A stretch of 28,916 nucleotides of DNA, taken from assembly GCA_034189385.1 (NCBI GenBank), contig JAXHVD010000033.1, positions 1-28,916 on the forward strand, in the 5' to 3' direction. This DNA comes from Thermodesulfobacteriota bacterium. Its GTDB lineage: Bacteria; Desulfobacterota; Desulfobacteria; Desulfobacterales; C00003060. Made by a program: the position numbers and the translations under genes. Below are positions 8,993 to 18,203 of the stretch, in pieces. The notes below the pieces were generated by a model that saw only the letters and a list, made by a program, of their open reading frames with translations, was not told where the DNA came from and searched no databases. Each line of letters starts with the position of its first letter. Positions within the stretch are counted from its first letter, which is position 1.

Positions 8993-9059
8993 TTCTAACA
9001 TGGAGATGAGGTGTGAAATAGCGCGCTGGCGATACTTCACCCGCAAAATCTCGTTGTGA
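8993..9059 (-). other. Degenerate attC-like hairpin marking the cassette start
   Basis: Minus strand TCACAAC-GAGAT...GTGAAGTA...TATTTCAC...ATCTC-CAT-GTTAGAA. The GTTAGAA is the exact complement of the downstream R'' TTCTAAC. Confidence 0.55.
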
Positions 9060-9415
9060 GATATTTTTCCACTATCTAATCAGGACAGCCTCCACGGTCA
9101 AGGTTTGATAGCCTGCCCAGAGAACACCTCGGAAACGGTCCAGGCCGATGTTTGATTGCTTGCCATTATTTAGGTTATTGAAATCACACAGCTTTGCTAA
9201 GCATACCACAATCGATCCCATTGATCTCAATACAGCATCTCAGATGCTTTCGCCTTGACAGTCTGCCGTCAGATGCCATAGAGTCTTATCGACACACCAA
9301 GGAACCAGCCTGGGACCTTGATGATGTCCTCTACCTGCCCCACAGGTACTCTCACCTGTGGGGATTCTTTTTGGCTGGCCTTTAGTCGTGGGCGCCGTCG
9401 CTTCTTAACCCTTAT

Positions 9416-9595
9416 CTAGGTCTCCACCTTTGGCCGCTTGCGCTTAAGCTTCACGATCTCCTGGAAGAGTTCCTGTTTCGAGATTATCCCCTTTCGGTCA
9501 AGGAGATTGATCAGGGCTGCATTCTGATAAACCTCAGACAGGACCAGCTCTTTGAGATCCAATGTCTGCTGTTTTGGGTCAAGCTTTTTCCCCAT
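9416..9595 (-). CDS. Small hypothetical protein
   Basis: MGKKLDPK...ALINLLDRKGIISKQEL; the ATG lies 1 nt after the stop of the upstream small ORF. Confidence 0.6.
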   Translation of the reverse strand: MGKKLDPKQQTLDLKELVLSEVYQNAALINLLDRKGIISKQELFQEIVKLKRKRPKVET

Positions 9596-9596
9596 G

Positions 9597-9716
9597 TCAG
9601 TTATCTTCACGCTCTATTCTTGATCGGATCATATCTTGAAAAAGGGCAATGACGCCGCAGAAAATAAAGAAGGCGAAAGCACAGGTAATGGCGTAAAGAA
9701 TTTTCAGAATGATCAC
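9597..9716 (-). CDS. 39-aa membrane peptide (not in the ORF track)
   Basis: GAGGT RBS, GTG start, sequence MIILKILYAITCAFAFFIFCGVIALFQDMIRSRIEREDN, coupled to the next gene. Confidence 0.5.
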   Translation of the reverse strand: MIILKILYAITCAFAFFIFCGVIALFQDMIRSRIEREDN

Positions 9717-9796
9717 GGTTTACCTCACGTCGTTATTCCTGGGTCCAGGGGCAATCTTCTGAGCCTCACATGAGGTGTTCTGGCAATCACGCCAGT

Positions 9797-10633
9797 TCAA
9801 CCAGCCCATTCGCGAACCCAGGCCTCAAAGGTTGTTCCCTCTATTGAATTCTCTTCAGAATCTGGAAGTTCCCATAGAAAATCAAGCCCACTGCGGTTCT
9901 CCACTTCCTCAATCTTCACTAAGTGGTTTATGACATCCGATGACCTAGGGGTGTTTTGGTCCATGATGAAAGCTCCAACATGAATGCCACCAGATTCTTG
10001 GACAACAACGATCTTCCAGTAGCCACTGGGGACCTTGTGTGGTTCATCAGCTTTTGGAAGGGCAGGCATTGGCCTCTCGTACAAAGGGCCTGTCATTACC
10101 CAAACCTCTTCGTACTTCTTAACCAGCTGTCGAACCTTTGATTCAAGTCGCATCCAGGGCCCCTGATTAAGGTCCGACTTCTGTGGTGTGATGTTGCTGT
10201 AAAAGTTTACCTGCGAGGCGTAGCGTGAACCTTTAAAGGATGCCAACGGGGCCTGATGACCACGGTCATATCCTTTGTCTCTGTAGGCGTCCTTGTAATC
10301 CTCCGTGGCTTTGGGGGTGGCCTCTAATGTCTCAGCTGCATCAAGCCACGGGTCGCTTCGCCACTTCCGCTCAAGATCCAAGAGAGATGCCGTTTCGTGG
10401 CAAGTAAGCCGGTAGCATACCCAATCGGCGAGTTTGGTCTGGTCATTCGAACTAAGGGCGTAGAGGTCACGGATGATTAAATCGTTCGAGTCCGGAGCAC
10501 CAAGGGGATAGCCGTGGATGAAGTGCTTGCAATGAATTTCAGTCGGAAGCGCTGGTGGCTGAGCGATGGCTGTATTGAGAAACAATGCGCCAGAAGCCAT
10601 AATGAAACAAACAAAGAACAACCGAGGTTTCAT
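9797..10633 (-). CDS. Secreted DNA/RNA non-specific endonuclease (NucA/Serratia type)
   Basis: Signal peptide; DRGH active site; NITPQ...LNQGPWMRLE; VPSGYWKIV. Confidence 0.92.
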   Translation of the reverse strand: MKPRLFFVCFIMASGALFLNTAIAQPPALPTEIHCKHFIHGYPLGAPDSNDLIIRDLYALSSNDQTKLADWVCYRLTCHETASLLDLERKWRSDPWLDAAETLEATPKATEDYKDAYRDKGYDRGHQAPLASFKGSRYASQVNFYSNITPQKSDLNQGPWMRLESKVRQLVKKYEEVWVMTGPLYERPMPALPKADEPHKVPSGYWKIVVVQESGGIHVGAFIMDQNTPRSSDVINHLVKIEEVENRSGLDFLWELPDSEENSIEGTTFEAWVREWAG

Positions 10634-10661
10634 TCTTGCCTCCTCATTTTAGGCATGTGGA

Positions 10662-11033
10662 TCAAGCCTGAGTATAAACACCTCTGCCAGCCCGCTTGAT
10701 TTTACCCTGCTTGGACGCCCTGTAGACAATATCGCTGACTTTCTTCGTGTCATAGCCGGTCTTCTTAACCAGCGTGGATACATTGACACCCTTTTTGGAC
10801 CTGTTGACGATTTTCAGGACCTGGTCTGTGGCACTTAGACTTTTCACGCGTCTTGCTGAAGGCTTCTTTTTTGCCGTCCCTTTGATCCTTCTGGTTGGCA
10901 GCTCCTTGGTTGTCTTGGCTTTAGCCTGAGCCTTTTCCAGTTTGTCGACCGCCTTGACCAATCTATCCGTTGTCTTTGAGATAGCCTTCAGGCTCTTACT
11001 TAACAGCTGCAGATCCTTCTTCAGATTTTTCAT
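10662..11033 (-). CDS. Lys-rich DNA-binding protein (coiled coil plus winged-helix-like C-terminus)
   Basis: AGGAG RBS before MKNLKKDL; very basic; C-terminus SATDQVLKIV...GKIKRAGRGVY. Confidence 0.7.
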   Translation of the reverse strand: MKNLKKDLQLLSKSLKAISKTTDRLVKAVDKLEKAQAKAKTTKELPTRRIKGTAKKKPSARRVKSLSATDQVLKIVNRSKKGVNVSTLVKKTGYDTKKVSDIVYRASKQGKIKRAGRGVYTQA

Positions 11034-11236
11034 GAGGATGCTCTCCTCCTTTCCTGTGCTTGTTTTGCCTGCTAATGGGGTTAAAGACCGTTTTGTTCGG
11101 GTCACCATACATTCCTTTCGCTTTGCCGAAGGTCGCCGAATTAGTAGAAGCTTTCGGGCGCCAAGCCGAATTTGTGGAGTCATGCTCCAATATTACAGGT
11201 GCGCAACCTGCCTGCAAACGCAGGCCAATCCTTCAA

Positions 11237-11527
11237 CTAACCCCGCACGGTCACCTTTCCCTTGCCGTCCAGAAGCCACTCCCAAGGCACGTCACGGAGA
11301 TCAGGGTGCTCCTCCATGACCCTCTTCAATCTCAAAAGCTGATACAGGGTTGGACCGGCTTTTCCTGCTTCTATTTTCGAAACCTGGGACTGTGCAGTTT
11401 CCAGAGCATCTGACATGTCTTTTTGGTCGTAGCGCAAAATAGACCTTATCAATCTAAGCCTTTCTCCAAGTTTTTGAAGATAGTCAGGCGAGAGTCTCTG
11501 CTTATTCATGACAGATTTGTATATCAA
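11237..11527 (-). CDS. XRE-family HTH regulator
   Basis: LGERLRLIR...QKDMS...QSQVSKIEAG...WLLDGKG. The start may instead be the ATG at 11509. Confidence 0.85.
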   Translation of the reverse strand: MIYKSVMNKQRLSPDYLQKLGERLRLIRSILRYDQKDMSDALETAQSQVSKIEAGKAGPTLYQLLRLKRVMEEHPDLRDVPWEWLLDGKGKVTVRG

Positions 11528-11531
11528 ACAG

Positions 11532-11598
11532 GAAATAATATTTCTAGAAAAGAATATTTCTTGCTTGACAGATATGCCGTAGATATATATTATATCTA
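11532..11598 (+). promoter_or_regulatory. Sigma70 promoter with overlapping operator-like repeats
   Basis: TTGACA (11565-11570), 17 bp, TATTAT (11588-11593). Palindrome TAGATATA-N3-TATATCTA (11580-11598). AATATTTCT at 11537 and 11553. Confidence 0.75.
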
Positions 11599-11634
11599 GT
11601 AGATATTAACACCATAAGAAAGGAGGACTGCACT

Positions 11635-12276
11635 ATGAAAACCAAGTCGATACCCAGGATCACCTGGGTGGTTACGTTGATCAGCGTGTTTACTGTCTGT
11701 AGCTGCGGCGGAAACGGGGCTCTTAAGGAAACACGAGAGCTTGCACAGAGCTACGAATCCTATGTGATTAGGAGAACAGGGGATGACAAAAGGCCAGAGT
11801 GGACGTCCGAAAAAGCCTTCATCGAGAACGACAAGGGGCTCCATTTCACCGGTGCTCATGTTGGAGGTGCAGACTACGCGGTAACAGTGAGATTAGCCAA
11901 AAGCGAAGCCACCAAGAATCTCCTGGAATCAGTCGAGATTAAAACCAGGGGAGAATTCGGCACTGCCATGCATGGTGAAAACAGGCATGCTGAGGACATC
12001 GGCCGTTATGTTACCGACGCAATTGCCTGGATGGTTGACAGCCTTAGGGTAAGGGGAATCCGTCAAAAGGAAATCTACTACGAAGAAGTCCTTGATCCAA
12101 TGAGCCAGGAGATTCGGTACAACGCATGGGTCCAGGTTCAGATCACGAAACAAGACTACATCAAGGCAAAAATTGATGCAGCACGGAGGCTAGTGAACAA
12201 GACGATCGATGAGAAGGACGAAAAGGCAAGGGATAAGGCACTGGAACTCCTTGAGAAGTTGGAAGAGGAGGCCTAG
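11635..12276 (+). CDS. Putative lipoprotein (LPP20-like)
   Basis: AGGAGG RBS; signal peptide ending in CSCGG; RPEW motif typical of LPP20-like proteins. Confidence 0.65.
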   Translation: MKTKSIPRITWVVTLISVFTVCSCGGNGALKETRELAQSYESYVIRRTGDDKRPEWTSEKAFIENDKGLHFTGAHVGGADYAVTVRLAKSEATKNLLESVEIKTRGEFGTAMHGENRHAEDIGRYVTDAIAWMVDSLRVRGIRQKEIYYEEVLDPMSQEIRYNAWVQVQITKQDYIKAKIDAARRLVNKTIDEKDEKARDKALELLEKLEEEA

Positions 12277-12279
12277 CTT

Positions 12280-13128
12280 GTGGAGCTCTTGGAAGGAGTG
12301 GCTGTAAGTCTATTGATAAAGCTCTTGTGGCACAAATATGAGGGCTGGCGTTCGGTGCCTCCGCCTCCTGTTGCTATGCAGGTGGTGGAGGCCTCCCAGT
12401 CTGTTCAGATCCCGGCATGGGTTACAAACACCCCTGAAGGGTGCTTCGTGGGAATTTCCAAGCCCTGCCGCTCTCTTGAGGAAGCCAGACAGCAGGCCAT
12501 TGATTCTGCAATCTCTCAGGTACTTCAGGCCATGGGAGCAGACTACAATCTTACCCACAAGTCCTTGGTTACTGCTAATTCGGACTATATTCAGCATGAC
12601 CTAGAGGAGCGTCTGACCTACACTGCCAAGTGGTTTGTGAATGCCATCCAGCAAAATATCGAAGAGTCTGACGTTCAACAGATTCAGGGCAAGAACATAT
12701 GCTTTGTCCTGGTGCATTTGCCGCAGTCGAAGATTGATTGGTTCCGTAGGATGACTGTCGGGCCAAAGCTTGTAGCAAGAATGGCCAGCAAAGACAGCTA
12801 TCATATGGTCATCGACGTCAGAGAAACAAATGGTATCGGCGTTACCCTCACCGACTACCGGATTTCAATCACCAATGAAAACCACCACGCTGGTATCGTA
12901 ACGATGTTTGTGTGGAAAGTTCCCGAGACTTCCAACCAAACCTACGAAGGTGTCATACCTCAAAGGTGTGACTTGAAGGGCGACTCCCAATCGATCGCTA
13001 TTCCCTATTCCAGTTCCTCCAGTGGCCTGAAAGCCCTCTTGCTGGGTACTGAGAGCCAGGTGAGCATTGTGCTTCGGGGCCGCGATGAAATAGGTCGCGA
13101 AGTCGCAGCGCCTGTCATAACCCGCTGA
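12280..13128 (+). CDS. Hypothetical protein with LPP20-like N-terminal domain
   Basis: IPAWV...FVGIS...EARQQAI pattern; GGAGG RBS; starts 3 nt after the upstream stop. Confidence 0.6.
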   Translation: MELLEGVAVSLLIKLLWHKYEGWRSVPPPPVAMQVVEASQSVQIPAWVTNTPEGCFVGISKPCRSLEEARQQAIDSAISQVLQAMGADYNLTHKSLVTANSDYIQHDLEERLTYTAKWFVNAIQQNIEESDVQQIQGKNICFVLVHLPQSKIDWFRRMTVGPKLVARMASKDSYHMVIDVRETNGIGVTLTDYRISITNENHHAGIVTMFVWKVPETSNQTYEGVIPQRCDLKGDSQSIAIPYSSSSSGLKALLLGTESQVSIVLRGRDEIGREVAAPVITR

Positions 13129-13170
13129 AAAACCGCAAAATAGTTAAATCCCAACCCAAACTGACCGGTT

Positions 13171-14343
13171 ATGTCCGTCTCGATACTCTTGCCGTTTGAG
13201 GTGATCCAACCGAGTGAAATCCTGTCTGAGCATGCTGAATGGGTCTACTTCTTCCTTGTTCTGATCTTCTTCGTGTCAATTGCGGGCGTCACTTTGAGGA
13301 GGCATTTCAGCAAGCCCTATGTGAAGCCATTGGTCATATCTGTAGGTCTCATGCTGACAGTAGGCGTGTTTCAGGTGAGAGACCTGCTGGTTTCAATCTT
13401 CGAGGGATGGGGTGCCTTGGGATCCATACTGTTGCTGATAATGGCCGCCTTCATACCTTACGGGCTGTGCAGGGGATTTGGCATGCAATCAAGAAGGGCT
13501 GTCTATGTCACATACACTCTCCTGTACATTCTTTCGTGGGTGAAGTTCCCGGAGATTTACCATGCTTTGGCAAACAAGAACCTCGGGCTCCTCAATTTGG
13601 CTCTTCTGATCTTGTTCTTTGTTGCTGCTTACAAGAGCGTGAGGCTCCCCAAGTCAGTTAGAGATTTGGCTTCAGGAGTCGAGACTGCTAGCAGCCCATT
13701 TGAGCCGGAAATCGAACGTGAAATTGATGTCCAAAAAAAAGAACAATGGCTGATCAAAAAACGAGGTCTTAAGAACACCAAGCTTGAGATCAAGACGATA
13801 GATGACATTGAGAAGGCATTGAGTGAAATCCAAAGTATTGTTGACCAGCACCGAAACAACATTCCGCGTGAAGAGCGAGAGAGGATGGCAGTCATACTGG
13901 GTGAGATGGCCAAGAAAGAGGACGTTTTTGTGCGCAGCATTCAACATGTACAAGAGATTATTCGGCGCAGCGGCACCTTGGACGAAGCACAGATCGAGGC
14001 CTTAAGGGACCGTGTGACCAGGGTCTCTGGAAAGGAACAAGAAATGATCTACGCTGAGATAGCCCGAGAAGAAGAGAAGCTGAAGATTGAAAGCGCGGCC
14101 CTTGCATTGGGACAGAGGCTCCGGCGAGACCTGGATGCTTTCAATGGATTCGTGACGCGGGCGATGGAGTGTGTCAGGGCTGCCCCTTATCCGTATGACG
14201 CAAAGCCTCATCTTTCCAGCGCAGAGTCGGTCCTGAACTGTATTTCCAAAACACTTAAAACCGTCAAGTCGCTTGAACGCAAGCTTCTGAGGTTGACGAG
14301 CGCGGAAAGAAACTTGCTAAAGAAAGAGAGGCAAAAGGTCTAG
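13171..14343 (+). CDS. Membrane protein: ~5 N-terminal TM helices plus long coiled-coil C-terminus
   Basis: Hydrophobic segments in the first ~155 aa, then a charged heptad-rich region. Confidence 0.75.
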   Translation: MSVSILLPFEVIQPSEILSEHAEWVYFFLVLIFFVSIAGVTLRRHFSKPYVKPLVISVGLMLTVGVFQVRDLLVSIFEGWGALGSILLLIMAAFIPYGLCRGFGMQSRRAVYVTYTLLYILSWVKFPEIYHALANKNLGLLNLALLILFFVAAYKSVRLPKSVRDLASGVETASSPFEPEIEREIDVQKKEQWLIKKRGLKNTKLEIKTIDDIEKALSEIQSIVDQHRNNIPREERERMAVILGEMAKKEDVFVRSIQHVQEIIRRSGTLDEAQIEALRDRVTRVSGKEQEMIYAEIAREEEKLKIESAALALGQRLRRDLDAFNGFVTRAMECVRAAPYPYDAKPHLSSAESVLNCISKTLKTVKSLERKLLRLTSAERNLLKKERQKV

Positions 14344-14518
14344 AAGGATAAACTTGTCTGTGGAGACTTCACCAAGATAACCCTCCGGTTTGGCGAATCA
14401 TGGTTCTTGGAAGGCAAATTCCGGACTGGCGCCCCTGGCCAGGGCATACGATAATAGTCAACCCCAAGGGCCATAGCCAAAATGTTGGGTTGTAACCATA
14501 ACGGAGGCTGGTTTCCTC

Positions 14519-14574
14519 TTGACAAACCCACTTAGCACCAATAGGATCGTCCCTCAATGTGAATTGTGATTCAC
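14519..14574 (+). promoter_or_regulatory. Promoter and candidate TetR operator
   Basis: TTGACA (14519-14524), 17 bp, TAGGAT (14542-14547). Palindrome GTGAAT-N4-ATTCAC (14559-14574). Confidence 0.65.
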
Positions 14575-14606
14575 GCCTCATGTTTTGAATTGGAGGGTGT
14601 TGGTGC

Positions 14607-15236
14607 ATGGAAGATGAGAGAAAAAGGCGGATACTGGATGCGGCGGTAGAGATTATTGCCAAGAAAGGATTCACCGAAGCGAAGGTACATGAAATATCAG
14701 ACGGAGCGAGGGTCGGCGTAGGTACCATTTATTCTCAGAAACTCTTTAAGAACAAACTTGACTTGCTTTTATCCATTACGCTTGATTTTTGGAAAAACTT
14801 GAACAAGCAGATAGAGCTCAGAGTGTCAAAAAAGGAGCATCCAGAGCAGAAGTTCTATGAGCTGCTCGCTATACTGGAAGAACTACTACTCGGTAATGTT
14901 CAATCTATATATCTCTCGAAAGTACTTCACGAAGCAATACCTCACATCTATTTCATAGAGGATGAAGAGCTAATAAAGAAACGAAGAAAAATTACACACG
15001 AAAACAGAAAACTACTTCGTAGTCTGGACCGAATAATTGAAGAAGGACAGAAGCAGGGCGAGTTCGATGATGCTCTTAGACCAACTGTGATGCGCCAAGT
15101 GTTGTTCGGTTCCTTTGAATTCCTATTGTACGGACTTTCCTTGGAAGCATCGGGGAGGGAAAAAGATGTGGGATATAAGGAACAAGACGTGAGGAAAGCA
15201 ATGGATGTCCTGTTCAACAAGTTCCTGAAGAAGTGA
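14607..15236 (+). CDS. TetR/AcrR-family regulator
   Basis: RRILDAAVEIIAKKGF...VGVGTIYS N-terminal HTH. Confidence 0.9.
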   Translation: MEDERKRRILDAAVEIIAKKGFTEAKVHEISDGARVGVGTIYSQKLFKNKLDLLLSITLDFWKNLNKQIELRVSKKEHPEQKFYELLAILEELLLGNVQSIYLSKVLHEAIPHIYFIEDEELIKKRRKITHENRKLLRSLDRIIEEGQKQGEFDDALRPTVMRQVLFGSFEFLLYGLSLEASGREKDVGYKEQDVRKAMDVLFNKFLKK

Positions 15237-15246
15237 CTTGTTTTGA

Positions 15247-15289
15247 CTCCAGGTGGTGTGCCGTCTCAGTGGAAACACACCACCCGGAG
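15247..15289. terminator. Hairpin between the convergent tetR and helicase genes
   Basis: CTCCAGGTGGTGTG / CACACCACCCGGAG stem with one mismatch. Confidence 0.6.
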
Positions 15290-15291
15290 CG

Positions 15292-17598
15292 CTAGAACAA
15301 CGTAAACTGAGCCGACACCGGCCCTTGGGATCGGTTAAGCATCTGATCGAGGTCAGCCTGCCTCACCTCAACATGGGTAACTTTCTTCTTTCGCTTACCG
15401 ATATATTCAACAAATTGAACCTTCACTACGCGATCCGCGATCTTCTCAACCTCCGTGCTAGCCTTCCTTATCTCGGGAGAAGGGTCATTGACCTCGCTCT
15501 TCTCCAGGACCTCTGGTCGTGGCTCCAGGCTTGAGATGTCCTTTTGAAGGCGCGCTTCCACCTGGACCTCTCTTTTTCGAAATTTAGCCCAGATATCCTT
15601 GAGACTCCGGCTGTCTTGGGCCTTTTCCAGGAGCATCCTGGCAAGCTCTTTTGCTATCGAATCCGATGTGTTCGAAAGGGCTGCCAGACCCCTGTCAGAG
15701 AGCTCTCCCTCGATGGCAAGGCTGCACATGAGCTTGTCCGCCATAAGCTGCATCAGGCGTGTCTGCATTGTGGCCGAATAGGTCAGGAAATTGACCTTAA
15801 CTGGCTTTTTTTGAGGTATGCGCCACGACCTTCTGGATGCCTGCCTAAGAGTGTAGGTGCTGATGGGGATCTGGTAAAAGACAATGGAAGGAAACTCCAG
15901 AAGGTCCATACCGACCTCAACCTTTCTTGGGTTTGTAATGAGTACCTCCATGCCTTTTCTTGTCCACCGGTCGATGATCTTCGCCCGCCCTTCAGTGTCC
16001 CCTGACCTGAGGACCTTCACCTTGATGCTCTCTTTCTCCATCATGGCAGTCAGCCTTGGGCTGATGTCCGTGGTATTGGAGTTCTGGATGTAGACCAGAA
16101 CCCTGCGGTGTTGTCTAAGCTCCTGTTTTACAATGCTTAGAAGCTCATGCTCTTTTGGCATGACTCCCTGAAGGGGAGGTCCAATCGCCACGGTTTCCTT
16201 TGTATGAGGATGAATGACCTCAAGGCCTTTGTACATCCGCTCGGGGTATGAGAGCAATGCATGGAGATAAGCCCCAAGGAGCGAGTTATCACCAACTGCC
16301 AAGGCCCCCTTCAGCTCCTGCTTCATGACCTCTTCGAACTCAGCGTACAGGCGCGCCATCTCTTGGGGCATGGCAAGTTCGATCACGTCTTCTTCATAGG
16401 GCTGAAGGTGCTCCATACAGTCCGAAAGCCGCATAAAGACTGCGTTTGGCAGTAGCATCTTTCCCAGAAGCAGGGGGCTGATCCCGGGTTTCTCCTTTAC
16501 AATCGTCCTCCGCTTTGCCTTTGTTGTTAGGCCGTCTTCCATCTTCACAGTTGTGATCCTTTCAAGCACCCCGTATTGTTCGATGAATGCCCTAGGGTTG
16601 CCCCAGATATGATTGGCTTGCCGCATCAGCTGTGGATGGGTCCTGAAGAGCAGATGATAGACATCAGAGGCATAGCCGCCTACCAGGGTCCCCGTAAGGC
16701 AAAGAATATGCTTACATGCACTTGCCAGGGCTCCAAAGGCGTATCCCTGCCCGGACTCGTTTTTGAGTTGATGGACCTCGTCAGCCACAAGCAGGTCAAA
16801 GAAGCCCTTCATCTTCAACTTGATGAATCTTGCCGGTATTACCTTACGATAGTTTCTGCGCGTATTATCTGGCTGCCATAGTTGTTCATTGCAAAAAGTA
16901 ACGGCCTTTTCGTACCGGCCTGTGTGAGCATCGTATTTCCATTTGCACATCGTGTTCCTGCAGCGATGCCGCTTTTTAAACCGTCCATGGGTGTTCTTCT
17001 CAAAGATAGGAAGTGGGCAGCCGTCACGGTCAAGCAGCTCCTTGCCACACTTGGGGCAAAAATGCCGGCCTCTTCTTGTCACTACCGCAGGCTTCCACAG
17101 AAAGCCTGTCTTTGCCCTTTCTCGACCGATCACATAGAACTGAAGCCGGTCAGACTTGGGCTGTTTCTTGAGATTTTGAAGCTGACTGATCACGTCCCGG
17201 CCATTGAGATTGTAGACTCCAGCATCCCAAAGGCCCTTCTTGATTTCCTGGATCCACTTCGGCACCAGGTGGGGCGGGCATACAACCAGGACCCTTCGTA
17301 TGTTTTTCAGCTTGGACAGAACATAACTCGTGCCTATGGCCATCAAAGTCTTTCCCGTTCCCATCTCGCAGACTGTGTAGACTGCTCTGTTTCCCGAAAC
17401 TAAGGATTTGTAGCAGGCCTTAATGATCTCAGCCTGCGAAGCAAAAGGCTGCTTCTTCATTTGGCTGAGTAGGCGTGAAAGATCTTCTTCCTTTTCGGTT
17501 GTAGGGTCATGGATGACCGCCAATTCATTCGTGACCTTCTCGGCCATGCTCTCGCCATACTCGTCAAGAAACGCCTTAAGAGAAATAGGGGTTCCCAT
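15292..17598 (-). CDS. SNF2-like (SF2) helicase with Zn-ribbon insertion, mobile-element type
   Basis: CEMGTGKT, VADEVH, LTGT, CPKC and QASRRSWRI motifs. AGGAGG RBS before MGTPISL (17598). Confidence 0.88.
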   Translation of the reverse strand: MGTPISLKAFLDEYGESMAEKVTNELAVIHDPTTEKEEDLSRLLSQMKKQPFASQAEIIKACYKSLVSGNRAVYTVCEMGTGKTLMAIGTSYVLSKLKNIRRVLVVCPPHLVPKWIQEIKKGLWDAGVYNLNGRDVISQLQNLKKQPKSDRLQFYVIGRERAKTGFLWKPAVVTRRGRHFCPKCGKELLDRDGCPLPIFEKNTHGRFKKRHRCRNTMCKWKYDAHTGRYEKAVTFCNEQLWQPDNTRRNYRKVIPARFIKLKMKGFFDLLVADEVHQLKNESGQGYAFGALASACKHILCLTGTLVGGYASDVYHLLFRTHPQLMRQANHIWGNPRAFIEQYGVLERITTVKMEDGLTTKAKRRTIVKEKPGISPLLLGKMLLPNAVFMRLSDCMEHLQPYEEDVIELAMPQEMARLYAEFEEVMKQELKGALAVGDNSLLGAYLHALLSYPERMYKGLEVIHPHTKETVAIGPPLQGVMPKEHELLSIVKQELRQHRRVLVYIQNSNTTDISPRLTAMMEKESIKVKVLRSGDTEGRAKIIDRWTRKGMEVLITNPRKVEVGMDLLEFPSIVFYQIPISTYTLRQASRRSWRIPQKKPVKVNFLTYSATMQTRLMQLMADKLMCSLAIEGELSDRGLAALSNTSDSIAKELARMLLEKAQDSRSLKDIWAKFRKREVQVEARLQKDISSLEPRPEVLEKSEVNDPSPEIRKASTEVEKIADRVVKVQFVEYIGKRKKKVTHVEVRQADLDQMLNRSQGPVSAQFTLF

Positions 17599-17611
17599 CG
17601 CTGCCTCCTTT

Positions 17612-18184
17612 CTAGTCCATGCATCTGATGACCTCCGGCACCTTGTTCCTGATCGCGTCGGATATGAGGTCATGCAGTTTTTTAGGGTTGAAGTAAAAGG
17701 AATAGCCTTTATAGTCTCCAATCAATGTTTTAAGTCTGTTGAGCCAGCCGTCCTCCTGCTCAAATAGTTGCCAGAGCCATTGGGCCCAAGATGGATGCAT
17801 CGGGATATCGGTCTTTTCATCCAAATGCCTGAAGAAGACCTGTTTTTCTCGGCCTTTTTTTGTGAAGACGCAAAAGCTGTCCTGGTCTTGGTCTTCACCT
17901 CGTGGCAGGGCCAGCTTGGGCAGGAGCAACGCGTGAACCAACCCTGAGGGCAGTTTCTTGAGCTTTACCTTGTAGCCCAGGCCTGAGCGGGTAAGATAGT
18001 GGCCAGTGCCTTCAATTTCCAGGCTGATGCCGTAGTCTTCCAAGAAATTGGCTATGATCCCCCTGACTGTGGTCTGATAGCCGCACACGGACATGAAGTA
18101 GACTCTTTCAGGGTCGTGAGGATCCACGATCACGTCAGAGCAGTACGCCTTGATGCCGGTAGCATGTATTGGATACAGTTTCAT
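17612..18184 (-). CDS. Hypothetical protein between the methyltransferase and the helicase
   Basis: GGAGGTG RBS; tight operon spacing; PMHPSWAQWLW motif. Confidence 0.75.
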   Translation of the reverse strand: MKLYPIHATGIKAYCSDVIVDPHDPERVYFMSVCGYQTTVRGIIANFLEDYGISLEIEGTGHYLTRSGLGYKVKLKKLPSGLVHALLLPKLALPRGEDQDQDSFCVFTKKGREKQVFFRHLDEKTDIPMHPSWAQWLWQLFEQEDGWLNRLKTLIGDYKGYSFYFNPKKLHDLISDAIRNKVPEVIRCMD

Positions 18185-18203
18185 GGCTGATATTCACCTC
18201 CTT

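Noticed and set aside
9190..9385. Possible thermonuclease remnant (IRLYGI*) on the minus strand
   Set aside because: Only a six-residue resemblance among stop codons; insufficient evidence.
11120..11175. Three GCCGAA repeats upstream of the Lys-rich gene
   Set aside because: Short and irregularly spaced, with no consistent structure to support a call.
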